Numbered from the stretch's first letter, positions 36,361 through 50,962 are shown. The stretch is DNA of 64,000 bases from Scyliorhinus canicula (GCF_902713615.1 NC_052148.1:210460263-210524262); one strand, 5' to 3'. Notes: generated by a model not told the origin, from the letters alone. A program made the numbers and translations.

Positions 36361-37085
36361 GGCCGGGATTCTCCCCTACCCAACGGGGCGGGGGGGTTCC
36401 GGCAGGATGGAGTTACGTGAACCACTCCGGCATCGGGCCGTGACAAAGGTGCAGATTTCTCCGCACCTTTAGGGGCCAAGCTCTAATTTTGAGGGGCTAG
36501 GCCCGCGCTGGAGTGGTTGGCGCCCCGCCGGCCGGCGGGAAAGGCCTTTGGTGCCACGCCAGCCGGGGCCGAAGGGATTTCGCCGGCCAGCGGAAGTCCG
36601 AGCGTGTGCCGGAGTGTCAGCAGCTGCTATCTTCATCCCCGCGCATGCTCAGGGGAGGGGGTCACTTCTGCGTCTGCCATCGTGAAGACGATGGCGAACG
36701 CGGAAGGAAAAGAGTGCCCCCACGGCACAGGCCCGCCCGCCCATCGGTGGGCCCCAATCGCGGGCCAGGCCACCGTGGGGGCACCTCCCCCGGGGCCAAA
36801 TCCCCCCGCGCCCGCCTCAGGACCCCGGAGCCCGCCCGCGCGCCGCCTGGTCCCGCCGGTAAGGTAGGTGGTTTGATTCCCGCCGGCAGGACCGGCATGA
36901 CAGCAGTGCGACTTCTGCCCATCGCGAGCCGCAGAAACCGCGGGGGGGGCCCCACCGACCGGCGCGCCGCGATTCCCGCCCCCACCGAATCTCTGGTGCC
37001 GGAGACTTCGGGAGACGGCAGGGGCGGGATTCACGCCGGCCCCTGGCGATTCTCCGACCCGGCGGGGGGTCGGAGAATCCCGCCC
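36361..37085. mobile_element. GC-rich MITE
   Basis: TIRs GGCCGGGATTCTCC / GGAGAATCCCGCCC; internal similarity to 28942-29569. Confidence 0.8.
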
Positions 37086-37689
37086 TGGTTTCTAATGATA
37101 CGAGTAAGGTCAGCTCAGAAGATAGAAAATACAGAGTAGCCTAGACTGACCTATTTTTACATTTAATTGCTACACTCATTAAATGTTTGCAAGCTCCTGT
37201 CAGGAGGTAGGCTGGCTTTAGTATTACCTCTGGTTACACATGTGGCCTGTGGGATAAAATTTATGGAAGTCCTCTTTCTCTTTGGCACAATGCAATTGAG
37301 GTGGACTAAACCATAAAGGGAATGAAATTTATCCTAAGACCACAAATATAAGATGGCATTGATGTTCACCTAAACCTATTTGAATATACTCCCATTTTCA
37401 AGTAACACACCCTGAGTAAATCCATTGCTCGGCTATAATGTCAAAAGAAATAAACCAGGGATAGTTGAATGCCTCGCAGTTGGGTTATTCAAATATTAGT
37501 CTACAAATTCTTTATTCAGTATTTTCATGAAGTCATTCGCATTTCTATTAAGCTAGCATGGATATAAACACATTCATCATTTGTGGACTAATATTCATTG
37601 ACCCAAACATTATACTTTCAAAGAAATGCGGCTATTGAATTTGAAATTTAGCATATTTTCAGTTCTTTGAAACCGTTTCCGTTCTTTTA

Positions 37690-37965
37690 TGCTTGTATGA
37701 AATAACGGGGTCATTCATCACAGAGAGATGAAGGTTTTTACTTGAGGGTTGTGAGCCCTTGGACTTCTATTTCCTCAAAAGGTGGTGGAAACCGAGTCTT
37801 TGAGTCTTTTTAAGGCAGCGGTAGAGAAGTTTGTGATTAGCAAGGGGGTGAACGGTTATTGGGGACATTGGGGATAGACAGGAATGTAGAGTTGAGGTTA
37901 CAATCAGATCAACCATGATCTAATTGAATGGCGGTGCAGGCTCGAGGGGCCAAGTGACCTACTCT
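37690..37965 (+). mobile_element. CR1-like LINE 3' end fragment
   Basis: Typical 3' region ending AGATCAACCATGATCTAATTGAATGGCGG...CTCGAGGGGCC. Confidence 0.65.
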
Positions 37966-38253
37966 TAATTAGTGTATTTGTTTGCCATACAGCATAGGCA
38001 AAAATACAATTGTTTAAAATAACAAATTAAATGTGGTTATGTCAATCTAGTGCTTCTTATTAAATATTTTCTCCCATGACATTGGAAAATATTCTTTAGA
38101 TTTTGATAATGAATGACTTATTTTTGCCATTTATATTTTAACCTTTTACAGTGCCTTTGTGAATAAATTCTTCCTGCTTATGAATATAATGTGACCATAG
38201 CTATATTGTCGCTATGCTCGTGAAATAATTGCTCTTGTTACTTTCCATCTCAG

Positions 38254-38381
38254 CTGAATGTGAACACAAGATCTACAGTGCCACTGGTATCATCACCAGT
38301 CCCAATTGGCCAGATAAATACCCTAGTCGCAAAGAATGTACATGGGAGATCTTAGCAACTCCAGGTCACAGAGTGAAGATA
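38254..38381 (+). CDS. TLL1: TLL1 exon (N-terminal half of CUB4), 128 nt
   Basis: CAG/GTAAGT boundaries; (A)[42 protein letters not shown]. Confidence 0.95.
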
Positions 38382-38584
38382 GTAAGTTTTTGATTATTAA
38401 AGATACTTCTGCCAACTACACTTCTTTCAATATTACCACTGATTACAGGGACTGATTGTATATATTAGACTTCATGGCTGGGCGAACCATACATGCTTCA
38501 ATTGTGTAATGAGTGGAATTTTACATCTCTCACTGAGAAGGTGGGTGGGAAGGGGTTAAAACTGAAACCATTTCCAGAGATAGT

Positions 38585-39206
38585 GGGCGCGATTCTCCGC
38601 CCCCCCACGCAGGGTGGGAGAATAACGGCAGGGCCTCCCGACATTTTTCACGCCCTCCCGCTATTCACACCCAACCCACGCCACGAATCGCCGCTCGCCC
38701 GTTTCAACACGGCAGCAAACACACCTGCTTGCTGCCGTCGTGAAACGGGCGCCAGATGCCCGTTTGAGGCATCTGGGGGCCCGATTGGCACGGCAGTACC
38801 ATGGCCGTGCCAAGGGGGGGCATAGGCCCGCGATCGGTGCCCACCAATCGCAGGCCGTTGGTCCGTAACGGACGCACTCTTTTCCCTCCGCCGCCCCGCA
38901 AGATCAAGCCGCCACGTCTTGTGGGGCGGCTGAGGGAAAAGACGCCAACTGCGCATGTGCGGGTTGGCGATGTCCAACCTGCGCATGCGTGGCCGACGTC
39001 ATCGGCCTCGTCAGCCGTCGTGACGCTTGACGTGCGGCCTTTACAACCGTCGTCAAGGCCGCGCCGCCATGACGCACGGGGCCGCGCTCCTATCCCCGCC
39101 CGGGGGGGGAGAATCGGCCCCGGAAGTGGACGTGACGTCTGCCGTGGGTCACGGCCTGTCCCACGGCAGCCTTTACGATTCTCCGCATTTGCGGAGAATC
39201 TCGCCC
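38585..39206. mobile_element. GC-rich MITE
   Basis: TIRs GGGCGCGATTCTCCGC / GCGGAGAATCTCGCCC; TSD AGT on both sides. Confidence 0.88.
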
Positions 39207-40674
39207 AGTAACTTTTAAGATAGTGAATCATGCCTACTACAAGGTTTCCTGAAAAGACAGGTGGGGCCGATTTAATGTTCATAAGTCACAGCTTGATGGT
39301 GTCATTGGCACCGCAATACAATATTCAAATCAAAGACCGGGAAACCCCAAACTACCTGTGCATGGTGGGAGAAACACTGCAGGAGAAACCAAAAGGCCAG
39401 AAGAGCCTGCGGTAAGACCCCAAAAATTACCGCAAATTATCTCTGTAGGAGTGCTCCCTCCAGATGTGGCAAGGAAGCTTTGAGCCTCCTCAATCCCAAC
39501 TTTCCCTGATCCTGATCGCACAAGAATCTCTCTCCCACAGGGTTTTGGCTACATTTTTCTGCCACCAAATTACCACTCCACCCATTAGCCAGGTAATGAA
39601 TCTGGATTTATCTGATTGTAACCCTGCAGTTAGAATTGGCAGTCTTCACATCCAAAAACTTGCTGGTGTGCCGCCATTAATGCCACCAATTAAAAATGAG
39701 AATAAATGTTTCTGAATCAAAAAGGCTTATTTAGCTTTTCCATTATGCAAAACCGCAGAGGACAGCATTTTGGCAAGTCAACTATGAACTGCCATACAGC
39801 CATTGACATTAATAACAAATGGAAATACCATAAAACTTTGTACTTTCTGTTGATTCTGTTTAATCTATAAAACACTAAACAGCATATTCACGCTTTGGTA
39901 TTTTCAAAATAAGAAAGAACTGAAGTTGCAGCACGAGGTTGAAAGAACCACATGGCAAATTTATCTTGTGGTATTGGGAGCTTAAAATGACAAACTGGAG
40001 CAAACAGAGGTTTCCCTCCCCAATTAATGTAAACTGAGAAGTACCTTTCATCACTGGGAGAGTGTAAATAGCTTTACTCTGTGCATAAACTCATACCATG
40101 TATGGTCCAGGGGTATTTGATGATATTTACTGATCTTGTCCAAAACTGGATCTAATTGATGTATATTTCTTTGGAATATAAAATATGTTTAACTATATTT
40201 AAGTGATTTGTAAATTTTTGCCTCATCGTATGAGTTGGAATCAACACTTGTTTTGAGTACTTGAGGATTAATGTATATTTCTTAATCCAGACAAAATAAT
40301 GCACTCAACTCTTGGTTCCGATCAAATACTTTCTGCAAGCAATTTTCACGTGCTGTTGAAATTCAGAATTTGGTTGTGGAACTCCTTTTCAAGGGCAGCT
40401 ATTAGTATAGAGTGCAAACCACTATTGATTTGGCTGGATGCCACATGGAATTAGGTTAAATGGGTTTTCTGTAAGGGATTCAAAATGTGGTATTAACAGT
40501 ATGTTGTATTTTACTACTTTCAGTTATTAATATGAGGTGCATCTTAATCTCTAGTCTGCTGCTAAAACTAGAAACTATAATTCTAAAAAAAGAAATGTTA
40601 TCAATTCAGCATCAAATTGTTCCTTTGCAGTTTGTACCGCATGATCAGGAAGGATCAGCCGTCATTATGTTTTT

Positions 40675-43600
40675 ACTTTTTAAACAATATTTTTATTGAA
40701 AGATTTTCATTTTATGACAGACAGACATCACACACATAGTCCAACTATACAATAGCATCTGCCAAGGGAAATAAAAACAACACAGAAGTCATAATAATAG
40801 CAAAAAACAGAAAAAGAATGGGTAACAGAAATAGGTATTATACATTTTTGAACTCATTCTAGACACTATGCAGTTAAATATACACTTGTGCTGTACATTT
40901 TGCTGGCGTGGTCTTTATTAGCAGATCGTGACGGGCGTGGTAACTTTATGGTTTGAAGAAAAGAAAAAAACTCTGATGTCACCTATGGGGGCTGGGGGGG
41001 GGGGGGGGGGGGGTTGGTTTTAGTCCCCAGCACGCAGTACACTAGGGCAAGGCCCACCAAGGATGGTGAGGTCTCATCTGGAGAACTTGCCTTTCTTTTG
41101 GGGTTTGCTTCTGTAGTGCTGCCCGTGGGTCCCATGCCCCAATTGCAGAGTACACATATCGCTTCCCCTGTGTGTTGGGTGCTACCTCCTCTCCACCACC
41201 CCTCCCACCTCTCTTCCCATCTTCCAACAATCTAGATTAACCCCCCCCCCCCACCCTCTCCGAGTTGCTGGTCAAAAACAGGTCTTGGCTGATGAATTTC
41301 CTCCGTGTGTAGAGGAAGCCTTCCTCCGACCCCCCAATGGCGAATGTTATTTTCTCCAGTTTCAGGAATTCCGCTAGGTCGGACAGCCAGTCTGCGGCCT
41401 TGGCTGCCTGCGCTGCCAACTTCCATCCGAGCAGGAGTCTCCCCTGGACAATCAGAGAGGCGAAGGCCAGGGCGTCAGCCCCTTTCCCCATGAAGAGCTC
41501 TGGCTCCTCCGACATCCTGAAGGCTGCCACTAAAGGACATGGCTCCATGCTCACCCCTACGAACTTGGACATGGCCTCGAAAAAGGTGGTCTGAAACCCA
41601 ACAAGGATGGCCGGACCTCCCCGGCACCGCTCACATTTATCTTTCACCTCTGGGAAGAACCTGCTCATTAGTGTCCTAGTCAAGTGCGCCCTGTGCCCCA
41701 CCTTTAGCTGCGTTAGGCTCAGGCGGTGAGTTCACCTTATTAGTGTCTCAATCCAGAGTCCTCCCCCTAACTTCATGCCCAATTCCTCCTCCCTTCTTTC
41801 CTGTATCTCGTGCAGTAGGGTCCTTACATATTCTAACATTTGCCCGTATATGTTGGCACATTTAACCACCCCAACCTGTCCGTCACTAACATTCTGCCTG
41901 GTAGGATGTGTCCGGATAGCTGGGGGAATGTTGCAGTCTCCTTGTGGAGGAAGTCCCGTAGATGTAAGTATCGGAGCTCATTCCCTTTCGGGAGCTGGTT
42001 TTTCACTGTTAGGTCCGCCACGGTCGCTATTCTACCCTCGACGTGCAGGTTTCTTACTGTCTGCACCCCTTTGTCCTTTCTCCACGTTTAATAGATAGCA
42101 TTTATTTTCGATGGATGCATCTAAGGTTTCTGCAGAAGGGGACCACAGCAGACATGTTACCAAATTTCTTGAAGTGGTGTCTGAGCTAATTCCAGGTCCT
42201 TAGGGTAGCCACCACCACCGGGCTCCTCGAGTACTTGTCTCGGGGGAATGGGTGTGAGGCAATGGATAGTGCGCGGAGGGATGATCCAATACAGCAGGTC
42301 TTCTCAATCAACACCCATTCCGCATCCGGGTCTCCCAGCCACCCCGACACCCCCTTCTGTGTTTGCTACCCAGAATGGTAGAATAGTTCAGCAGGGTCCA
42401 AGCCTCCCATGTTCCGCCTTCTTTGTAGGATGCTTTTGTTGCTCTTGGGGTTCTTTCCAGCCCACACAAACGCCATGATTAACTTATCCACCTTGGTGAA
42501 GAAGACTTTGGGGATGAAGAGGAACAGGAATCTTGGCAACACGTTCATTTTTCTTGTCTGCACTCTTCCTGCCAGGGAGAGCGGGAACGAGTCCCACCTC
42601 CGCATGTCTCTCTTTATCTTCTCCACTAGGCGAGACAGCTTCCACTTATTGTGCTGTGCCCAGTCATGAGCTATCTGGACCCCCAGGTATCGGAACTTGG
42701 TTTGGGCCAGTTTGAAAGGCAGCATTCCCAGCTCCTCTCTTCACCACTGGAGGTTCACCAGGAAGATTTCGCTTTTGCTCAGGTTAAGTTTGTATCCCGA
42801 GAAGATTCAGAACTCCCTCAAGTATTCCATTATCTTTCCCATGCTGGCTGGGGGTTTGCAACTTAGAGGAGCAGGTCATCTGCATAGAGTGAGAATCTGT
42901 GCCCTCTGTCTACCCTCTAGATACCTCTCCATCCCTTCACTGATCTGAGAGCGATAGCCAGTGGCTCAATTGCCAGGGCGAATAGCTACGGGGTCAATGG
43001 GCTTCCCTGCCTCGTGCCTCTGTAGTAGCCAGAGCTGGTGGTGTTCGTCTGTATGGTCGCAATGGGAGCGCTGGACAGCAGTTTCACCCACGAGGTGAAC
43101 CCTGACCCAAACCCAAAACATTCCAGTACCTCCATTCGACTCTGTCAAAGGCTTTCTCTGCATTCAGGGAGCTGATGACTTCTGATCAGCTCACCACCTC
43201 CCCGCATGGGGTCATGATCACGTTTCAGTAGGCATCTGATGTTCACCGTTAGCTGTCTGCCCTTGGCAAACCTGATCTGATTTTCTGTGATTACTTCTAG
43301 AAACCAACTCTCCAGTCACCTTGCCAGAGCCTTGGACTTTGGCATCAGTGTTCTGTAGCGTGATGTGTTTATGTGACCAAACGCTCCGTCGGGTCCTTGT
43401 CCTTTTTGTGGAAAAATGATAATGAGGCCTGTGCCAGAGTGAGTGACAGGACACCCTCGACAGTGAGTCGTTGAACATCTCCTGCAGGTGTAAGGCCGGT
43501 CCTGCCGCAAACGTCTTGTATAATCCCACTGGGAACCTGTCCAGTCCCGCTGCCTACTCTGACTGCATGGAGTTAATGCTCTCCATGACCTCCTCCAGTG

Positions 43601-43772
43601 CCTCTCTCTTTTCCTCTCTCACCGCTGGTATGTCCAGCCTGCCCAGGAATTGTTTCATCTTCGCGTTCCCCTCGGGGGCTCGGAGGTGTACAGTCCCCCA
43701 GTCTCATCTGGAACTGTGACGAATGTACTGTTCCTGTCCCTTACCTGTGTTAGCTCCCTTGTGGCCGCCTGC
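40675..43772 (-). mobile_element. 5'-truncated degenerate L1-clade LINE (ORF2 RT and C-terminus, 3' UTR, polyA)
   Basis: Fragments FRYLGVQI, PLSLAGRVQT.KMNVLPRFLFL, CERCRGG; AATAAA and A-rich end near 40680-40700. Confidence 0.85.
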
Positions 43773-46624
43773 TTAGATTCACTCCCTCGCTGGGCATGAA
43801 TCTGTTTACGTCGCCAACAGCGGGGTGCTGGGAGATGAGATTTCACTGTCGCAAATCTCGTTATGGCCCTCTCGCGAAAGTAAAGTGGCCATGACAGGAT
43901 CTGCGCCCAGGGCGAATGGATCCTGAAAATTTCCAAGTGCCACTTTCCAGAACAGTGCTGCTGACAGGTCTTCATTCTTCCTTAATCATGATTCCCACCC
44001 ACTGTGGTCGACAGGGCTCTCAACTGTGTGACCCATCTCCTGCACCTTTGCGCTCATCCCTTTCCCTCCCTCTCAGGACCTGGATAGGGTCTTTGTTCTC
44101 AGTTTTCACCTCACCAGCCACCGCATTCAAAGAATCGTCCTCCTCCAGTTCCGTTGACTCCAGCATAATGCCACCACCAAACCCATCTTCACCTCACTCC
44201 CCTTGTCAGCATTTCGCAGGGACCCTTCTCTTTCGGGATACCCTGGCCCACTCCTCATCAACCCCAACACCTCACCCTCTTCCCACGACACCTTACCATT
44301 CAATCACAGTAGGCATAACACCTCTTTATTTCCTCCCTGCTCACCATTCCAGAGCCTAAACACTCTTTTCAAGGTACTTGTCCTCTGGCAGGGTTGCACC
44401 CTGGCACTGCTGGTGCTGGCCTGGCACCTTAGCAGTGCCACTCAGGTGTCAGAATTGGCACTGCCAGGGTGCCAGATGGCATTGCTAATGTGACAAGCTG
44501 GTATTTTTTGCTTGCCGGTGATTGGGCCTGGGGGTGCCCTGTGCATGTGAGGTGACGTGGGGGGGGGGGGGGGGGGGTGCAAGGACCCCTTATAGCTGAA
44601 ATGGGGTTTTGTGGGGGTCCGGGAGTCACGCACAGGGGTTCAAGAGATCAGAATGTCATTTAAAAATGGCGTCCCAATCTCTCCTTGCATTGAGGAGTTT
44701 CAGCGAGCGGGATTTCTTAGTGCAGAAAACAGGACTAAGCATGGCCTCGGCCACACGTTCCCCAGTATGGGCCTGCATCTAACCGGAGTCACGTTAGATA
44801 GTGTTGTGTTTCCCGGCTCTCAGGGTGCCGTGAAACACGTGGCTAAACGTGCTTGCTATGGGACATGGGTCCCATTTGGTTCGATCGCACCTTATAATCA
44901 CAAGATGAGAATATCCATTTGTTATTGCAAATCAACTTGCAGATGCATGAGTTACTCTATTTGTAAATATGACTTCAGGCTAAATCCTGGATACGAAATT
45001 GCTGAACTATGAGTGAGTAGTTAGATTTCGAAAAATAAAGGATTTGGAGAACACTTCAGCACCATTTAGCAAGAAAGCTTAATTTTCTCATTATTTTAAG
45101 TGCAGAAAACATTTGGATTAGCCTCTGGGCTAAATTGAGAATATTTAATTTAAACATAAGGACCACTCTGGTCACCAGCTGTGAAAGTTTACCTACTAGT
45201 TACAGCACCAAATATAAAATATTCAGGTTCTTGTACTTAAACCCAAGTGCTGAGAAAATTCTCACAAGGGTCACAAAATATAAATAACAATTACCTCTTT
45301 CAGAAAGTAATGTTTAAATACTGCAGAATCACAAACGCTTGAGGTATTTCCAACTTTATTGTTGAGCAGTAATTGGATGAGCTCAATAAAGGGTGGCCAA
45401 TAATCCACTCAACCATATTACTGCACAGGTGACAGATATGAAGATCTACCCCATTGTGCCTGGTTCTCTGCTGGAACCATCCTAAATAAGTCCTATTACT
45501 CCATGTTCTTCCCATAACCCAGTACCTTCTACTGCATCAAATATTTATCTATCAGATTCACGAAAACTGCAAAGAAGATACTGACCTTTAAATGCATGTT
45601 CAAGTCTACTTTCTAAGTGGCTTGAGACCCTATAGGTGATGTTTGCCTAAATGGGAACTGAGCGCTGTTGTATTATGTAGAATTGCACAGATTATACGGC
45701 ACAGGAGCAAAACATTCAGCCCACTCCACCTATGCTGGTGTTTATACTCTGCACGAGCCTTGTCCCATTTCATCTGCTTCACTTAGCCTTTCAGAATTTT
45801 CTATTTTCATTTGTCTCGTGTTGTCCATCTCATATATCCCTTGCTGAATAATGATGAGCATCATTTTGGAACAATAAAAGCAAGTCATTGAATGACATCA
45901 GCCTATGGAAACAATTATACATTTAGTTTCATTGACTGGTTGGTCTGTATCTTTCCAGCTATGTTATAAACCACAAGGAAAATAGCACACTCTCCTAGGT
46001 TACCACAGGACAGCCAACTTGCAGTGTTCTATAGCATTTTTTAAAAGCATGGTTGGCTATCTCATCTATAATATCAGTAAACTATATGGCCTACCTGTTC
46101 CTGCCACTTTTAATACAATTAAATGATAGCTTTCTGCGTAATAAATATGGTAATAGGAGGAAACTGCATAACACTGTCAAAGCAACACCACAAAGATTAC
46201 AAGCTGAAGATTGATCATTGCTTTACTTCCCAAACACTTTCCAGGAACATTTTTGGTTTCTGCTCCTGGGATCCTTCATTAGCCTGGGCACAGTGAGCAC
46301 TAAGAAAGCAAATGGGATATCCACAATGGAACCCATTTGATTTTCAACATACTTAAATGAATGGACTGAAAATCAGACACCTTCATGCGGGATGTGGCTT
46401 TCTTCCCCCTCAATTTTCTTGTATTCAACTTGTCCAGGCAGTCACCAAGGTACAGGAACAGGAAAATTAGAGCTTCAGAGAGTTTCATTTTTTATAGTGG
46501 CGATCATTTGTTTATTAATCCACCCCTCATTCAATTGCAGAGCTGAGGGATTTGGTCATGATCTGAGGTTGATAGTTGAGGTAAAGGATTTGTGATGTGG
46601 AGTGTGATATCAACGAGAACAATA

Positions 46625-46843
46625 AAAGTCGCCTTAGTCCCAGAGGACCATAGGTTGCTCTCCCCTTTGAGAGCTGACTAGTAGGGATTTAACCTGAGGG
46701 TCACCACACCCCAAGTGAGGGACAAGATTGAAAAAGCAGGGCCTTCATGGTAACCTAAGCTGGTGTGGGAATTGAACACATGCTATTGGCATTCCTTTGC
46801 ATCATAAACCAGACATCCAGCCAACTGAGCTAACCAACCTCCC
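46625..46843 (-). mobile_element. tRNA-derived SINE of a third family
   Basis: Minus strand head GGTTGGTTAGCTCAGTTGG (A box) and GTTCAATTCC (B box). Confidence 0.6.
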
Positions 46844-47127
46844 ACTAGAATGATAACTGCCTTGCATACCACCATGTTTGAAGGACAGTGATTGAATCTT
46901 GAACTTTTAAAATCCAAAAGATCATTGATTCACCACAGATGATGCTCAAAGAGGTTTCATTGAGTTGTGATATAAAGGTTAAAGTACGCAGCCTGCTCAC
47001 TACTTATCTGTTTGTTGAGCAGGATATTGTGCTGTGTGGAAAATAACTGGGAAGCTGACTATTAATAAGCTACGTGATGGATGCCCGCTACCTGATGGGA
47101 AACATGTCTATAGTTAGGACATACATC

Positions 47128-47455
47128 AGCAGCACGGTAGCATTGTGGATAGCGTAATTGCTTCACAGCTCCAGGGTCCCAGGTTCGGTTCCGGCTTGGG
47201 TCACTGTCTGTGCGGAGTCTGCACATCCACCCCGTGTGTGCGTGGGTTTCCTCCGGGTGCTCTGGTTTCCTCCCACAGTCCAAAGATGTGCAGGTTAGGT
47301 GGATTGGCCATGGTAAATTGCCCTTAGTGTTGGGTGGGGTTACTGGGTTATGGGGATAGGGTGGAGGTGTTGACCTTGGGTAGGGTGCTCTTTCCAAGAG
47401 CCGGTGCAGACTCGATGGGCCGAATGGCCTGCTTCTGCACTGTAAATTCTATGAT
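47128..47455 (+). mobile_element. HE1-like SINE
   Basis: Head, core and tail motifs. Confidence 0.88.
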
Positions 47456-48277
47456 TACATCTGTACTATCTTAGTATGTCATTCTACAAGATGCCTCAGA
47501 ACATGAGGCTATCTGAAATCACATACTGGACAGTGTCTTCAATATTATAGATTAGTAGTTTGCCTGATAAAACGTGAAGTTTAATATTCATGTTTGGGAC
47601 TGGATTTGTGGGGGTGATGGAGGACCTCGTTAACTGGTCAGAGAATGTTCGGGATGGCCCATTGGAAAGGTGCTTGATAAAGAAGGACCCCCAGCCCAGG
47701 AGACCGCTATTTGCTGGGCAATCTTTCGAGGGGGTGGGGAAGCCATGCAACCCCTATAATGCCTGAGGTATACTACTAACTTGCTGAGGTTTGAGGAACA
47801 GCGGGCACTAGTTGACTTATTAATTAGCCTAATGGACATCCTGCCACCAGTGACTGAGAATCCCACATCAGCCTCTTCTGCCTTCCTACTTAACCGTGGA
47901 AGGTTTTCCTGTCATTGGGATACCGACTTGGGCTCTCTCCTGTGATGAAGTGCTGTCAGGGTTCCCGCCATGACGAATTGCATTAAGTTCAGCCTTTAGA
48001 ATCTTGCTCTTTGGAGATTAGGTCACACACTTACATGCAAAGCAGCATATTGCTTATTTTATGATCAAGGTCTTCAATTCACTGCTTGAGTCCATCGTGA
48101 AACTAAAACATCAAATTGAATAAAATCTCCAACATTTTGCTGAAGTCTTCCTGACTGTCAAGTCCCAACTAATTTCCCCTCGTGGTGATTGATCTAGTTT
48201 TTGATAAGCATTATTATTGTGCAATACAAGTATGTCAGGAGAAACCATTTCACAGTCAATTGTGTTTTTCTTCCTAG

Positions 48278-48491
48278 GCTTTTAATGAATTTGAGATCGA
48301 ACAACACCAGGAATGTGCTTATGATCATCTGGAAGTGTTTGATGGAGAGACGGATAAATTTGCAATCCTGGGACGATTCTGTGGCAGCATCAGTCCAGCT
48401 CCTGTCATTTCCACCGGAAACAAAATGTTTATCAGATTTGTTTCAGATGCATCTGTACAGAGGAAAGGTTTCCAGGCAACTCACTCCACCG
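48278..48491 (+). CDS. TLL1: TLL1 exon (C-terminal half of CUB4), 214 nt
   Basis: TAG/GTAAGT boundaries; [71 protein letters not shown]. Confidence 0.95.
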
Positions 48492-50012
48492 GTAAGTTTA
48501 GCTAGACACTGAAACTTGAGGACATTTGATTTTACAGCGACATCTTCATAAAGATTAGTTGTTTTAGTCAATAAAAGATGTCTTTCCCTCAAATATCGAA
48601 GATGTACCGTAGGTAGAGTGAGAAATAGCAATAATTTGGGAGATCATAGAGATGTCTGTCCCTTTTATTTCTGTCATCTACATGGCCTTAGCTTTCCATA
48701 CTGTGCGTGGCCATTATTAATTATCGTTGGGTTGTGTTATCTTATCTCCATTAATGGGATCACATCACTTGCTTTAACATCTGTGTTTCTGAACTTCAGA
48801 CATTTAATATTACACATTTTGGTGTTTAATAGTCTACTATTTTGATGTATGCTATTTATAAAATGAGCACAGGTCCATTATGTTTAATGTAGTGATTGGA
48901 TTTGCAGCCCCTATCACAAACGTTACACCAAACTTTATCTCACTGCTGACCACACTATTATTTGTGAGCAATGGTAAATCCAAAGTGCACTATACGCCTC
49001 AATATTTAACCATGGTATGTCCATTATAAAATTTTTGAGTGAGTTGTAATATTCCATTTCAAAATGAATGGAAAAGCAATTATCAATCTCTGTATTTGAG
49101 AGTTTTCTGTTGTTAAAAGTGCCCACCGCTGTCGTCTGCACCTGTTATGCTTTTAGGTAGAGCTGAAATAAAAAGTGAAAATGCTGTGAGTACTCAATAG
49201 GTCTGATCTCATTTGTGGAGCGAGAAACAGAGGCCTGATTTCTCATCCCCATGTCGGGTTTGCCGAGTCGGGGAATGGCGGGCAAATGTCCGTTCGTAGG
49301 CCAGATGTCCGTTCGTAGGTCAGATTTCCGTTCAGTGTGGGGTGGGAAGCGAACTGAAACAGGGGTTGGGGCAGGCGGCTTGGGGACGAATGCATAGGCT
49401 GCCGGGTGCAGAGGCAGGCGGGGTGCAAGGCCTACCTCTGTGTTAGAATTAGAATTAGAACAGTACAGCACAGAACAGGCCCTTCGGCCCTCGATGTTGT
49501 GCCGAGCAATGTTCTGGTATTGTGTTTAAAGAAATAATCCATGTATGATCATGTTCACTTCTAACAATCCCAAAGGATGCCTTACCTTTTCCAAACGTTT
49601 TCTGGGACCATATTCCTAGCTATCCATGTGAATTCACCAAGTTCTGACCTCTTACTGTTCTAATCTGCACACTTTGGATTCCACACTCCTATTTCCCAAA
49701 ATCTCACTTCAGTGGAGACGGTTGGTTAAATAAATGACCAACTGCCTCTGCAAATCATGCATGTGCGAACGTCTCGCCCCCAGAAAGATGGGAAATGCTG
49801 GGTTCGGGGGCAGGATGTGGGAATTTTGGCCATTTCTCGAATTCCCGCCACAACGGAAAGTCTGTCCATCGTGGCGACAGTCTGGGCCAGAGTTAAAGTT
49901 TAGAGTTAATGACCTTTTGTCGGAACACATTTCAACTGACTATTGTCAATTTATTACTGATTTTCTCTGTGTCAGCCTTTCATGTCGTAAGACAATAGTT
50001 TGCATCATGCTT

Positions 50013-50368
50013 CATAGAATTTTATCATAGACGTTACAGTGCAGAAGGAGGCCATTCGGCCCATCGAGTCTGCGCCGGCTCTTGGAAAGAGCACCCTACC
50101 CAAGGGCAACATCTCCACCCTATCCCCATAACCCAGTAACCCCACCCAACACTAAGGGCAATTTTGGACACTAAGGGCAATTTATCACGGCCAATCCACC
50201 TAACCTGCACATCTTTGGACTGTGGGAGGAAACCGGAGCACCTGGAGGAAACCCACGCACACTCGGGGAGGATGTGCAGTCTCCGAACAGATAGTGACCC
50301 AAGCCGGAATCGAACCTGGGACCCTGGAGCTGTGAAGCAATTGTGCTATCCACAATGCTACCGTGCTG
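50013..50368 (-). mobile_element. HE1-like SINE
   Basis: Same subfamily as the copies at 26411 and 47128. Confidence 0.88.
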
Positions 50369-50632
50369 CACTGTGCTGGTCAAGGCTATGTTAAACATCG
50401 CCCAGTGTGGCTCAGGAGCCCCATTTCATCCCGGCAGTTTCTGCACATTTGCTGTAATGGGCTGAGAAGGTGCACGATTCGCTGGCTTCTGTTTCCTCTG
50501 GACCCTCTGTTCCTACAGCTGTGCTTTTCTTTCCTGCTCGCCCTTTCGAATGTCCTTTCAAACAGACTATTTGGGCTAATTTAGTCATATATCAGTAAAT
50601 TTCTTCATAAAATATGTTTCCATTGTATAATT

Positions 50633-50937
50633 TGGGCGGCCCAGTGGCATAATGGTTAACACTGCTGCCTCAAAGCGCCAGGGACCGGGGTTTGATTCCG
50701 ACCTCGGGTTACTGTCTATGTGGAGTTTGCACATTCTTCCCCTGTCTGCGTGGGTTTCCCTTGGGTGCACCGGTTTCCTCCCACAGTCCAAAGATGTGCA
50801 GGTTAGGTGGACTGGCTATCCTAAATTGCCCCTAGGTGGGGTTACAGGGATAGTGTGGGGGATGGAGCCTAGGTAGGGTGGTCTTTCAGAGGGTGGGTGC
50901 AGACATGATGGACTGAACATCCTCCTCCTGCACTGTG
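50633..50937 (+). mobile_element. Older HE1-like SINE
   Basis: Diverged head and core motifs. Confidence 0.78.
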
Positions 50938-50962
50938 ATCCTCTCTGATTCAATTCTGTGCT

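Noticed and set aside
36513-37139. Long overlapping ORFs in GC-rich segments (also 38704-39282 and 60829-61634)
   Set aside because: They arise from stop-poor GC-rich MITE sequence on both strands, with no protein motifs.
22337-48491. Assignment to BMP1 or TLL2
   Set aside because: Residues such as [26 protein letters not shown] and EVFDGET match TLL1 better as recalled; reciprocal BLAST and synteny would confirm.
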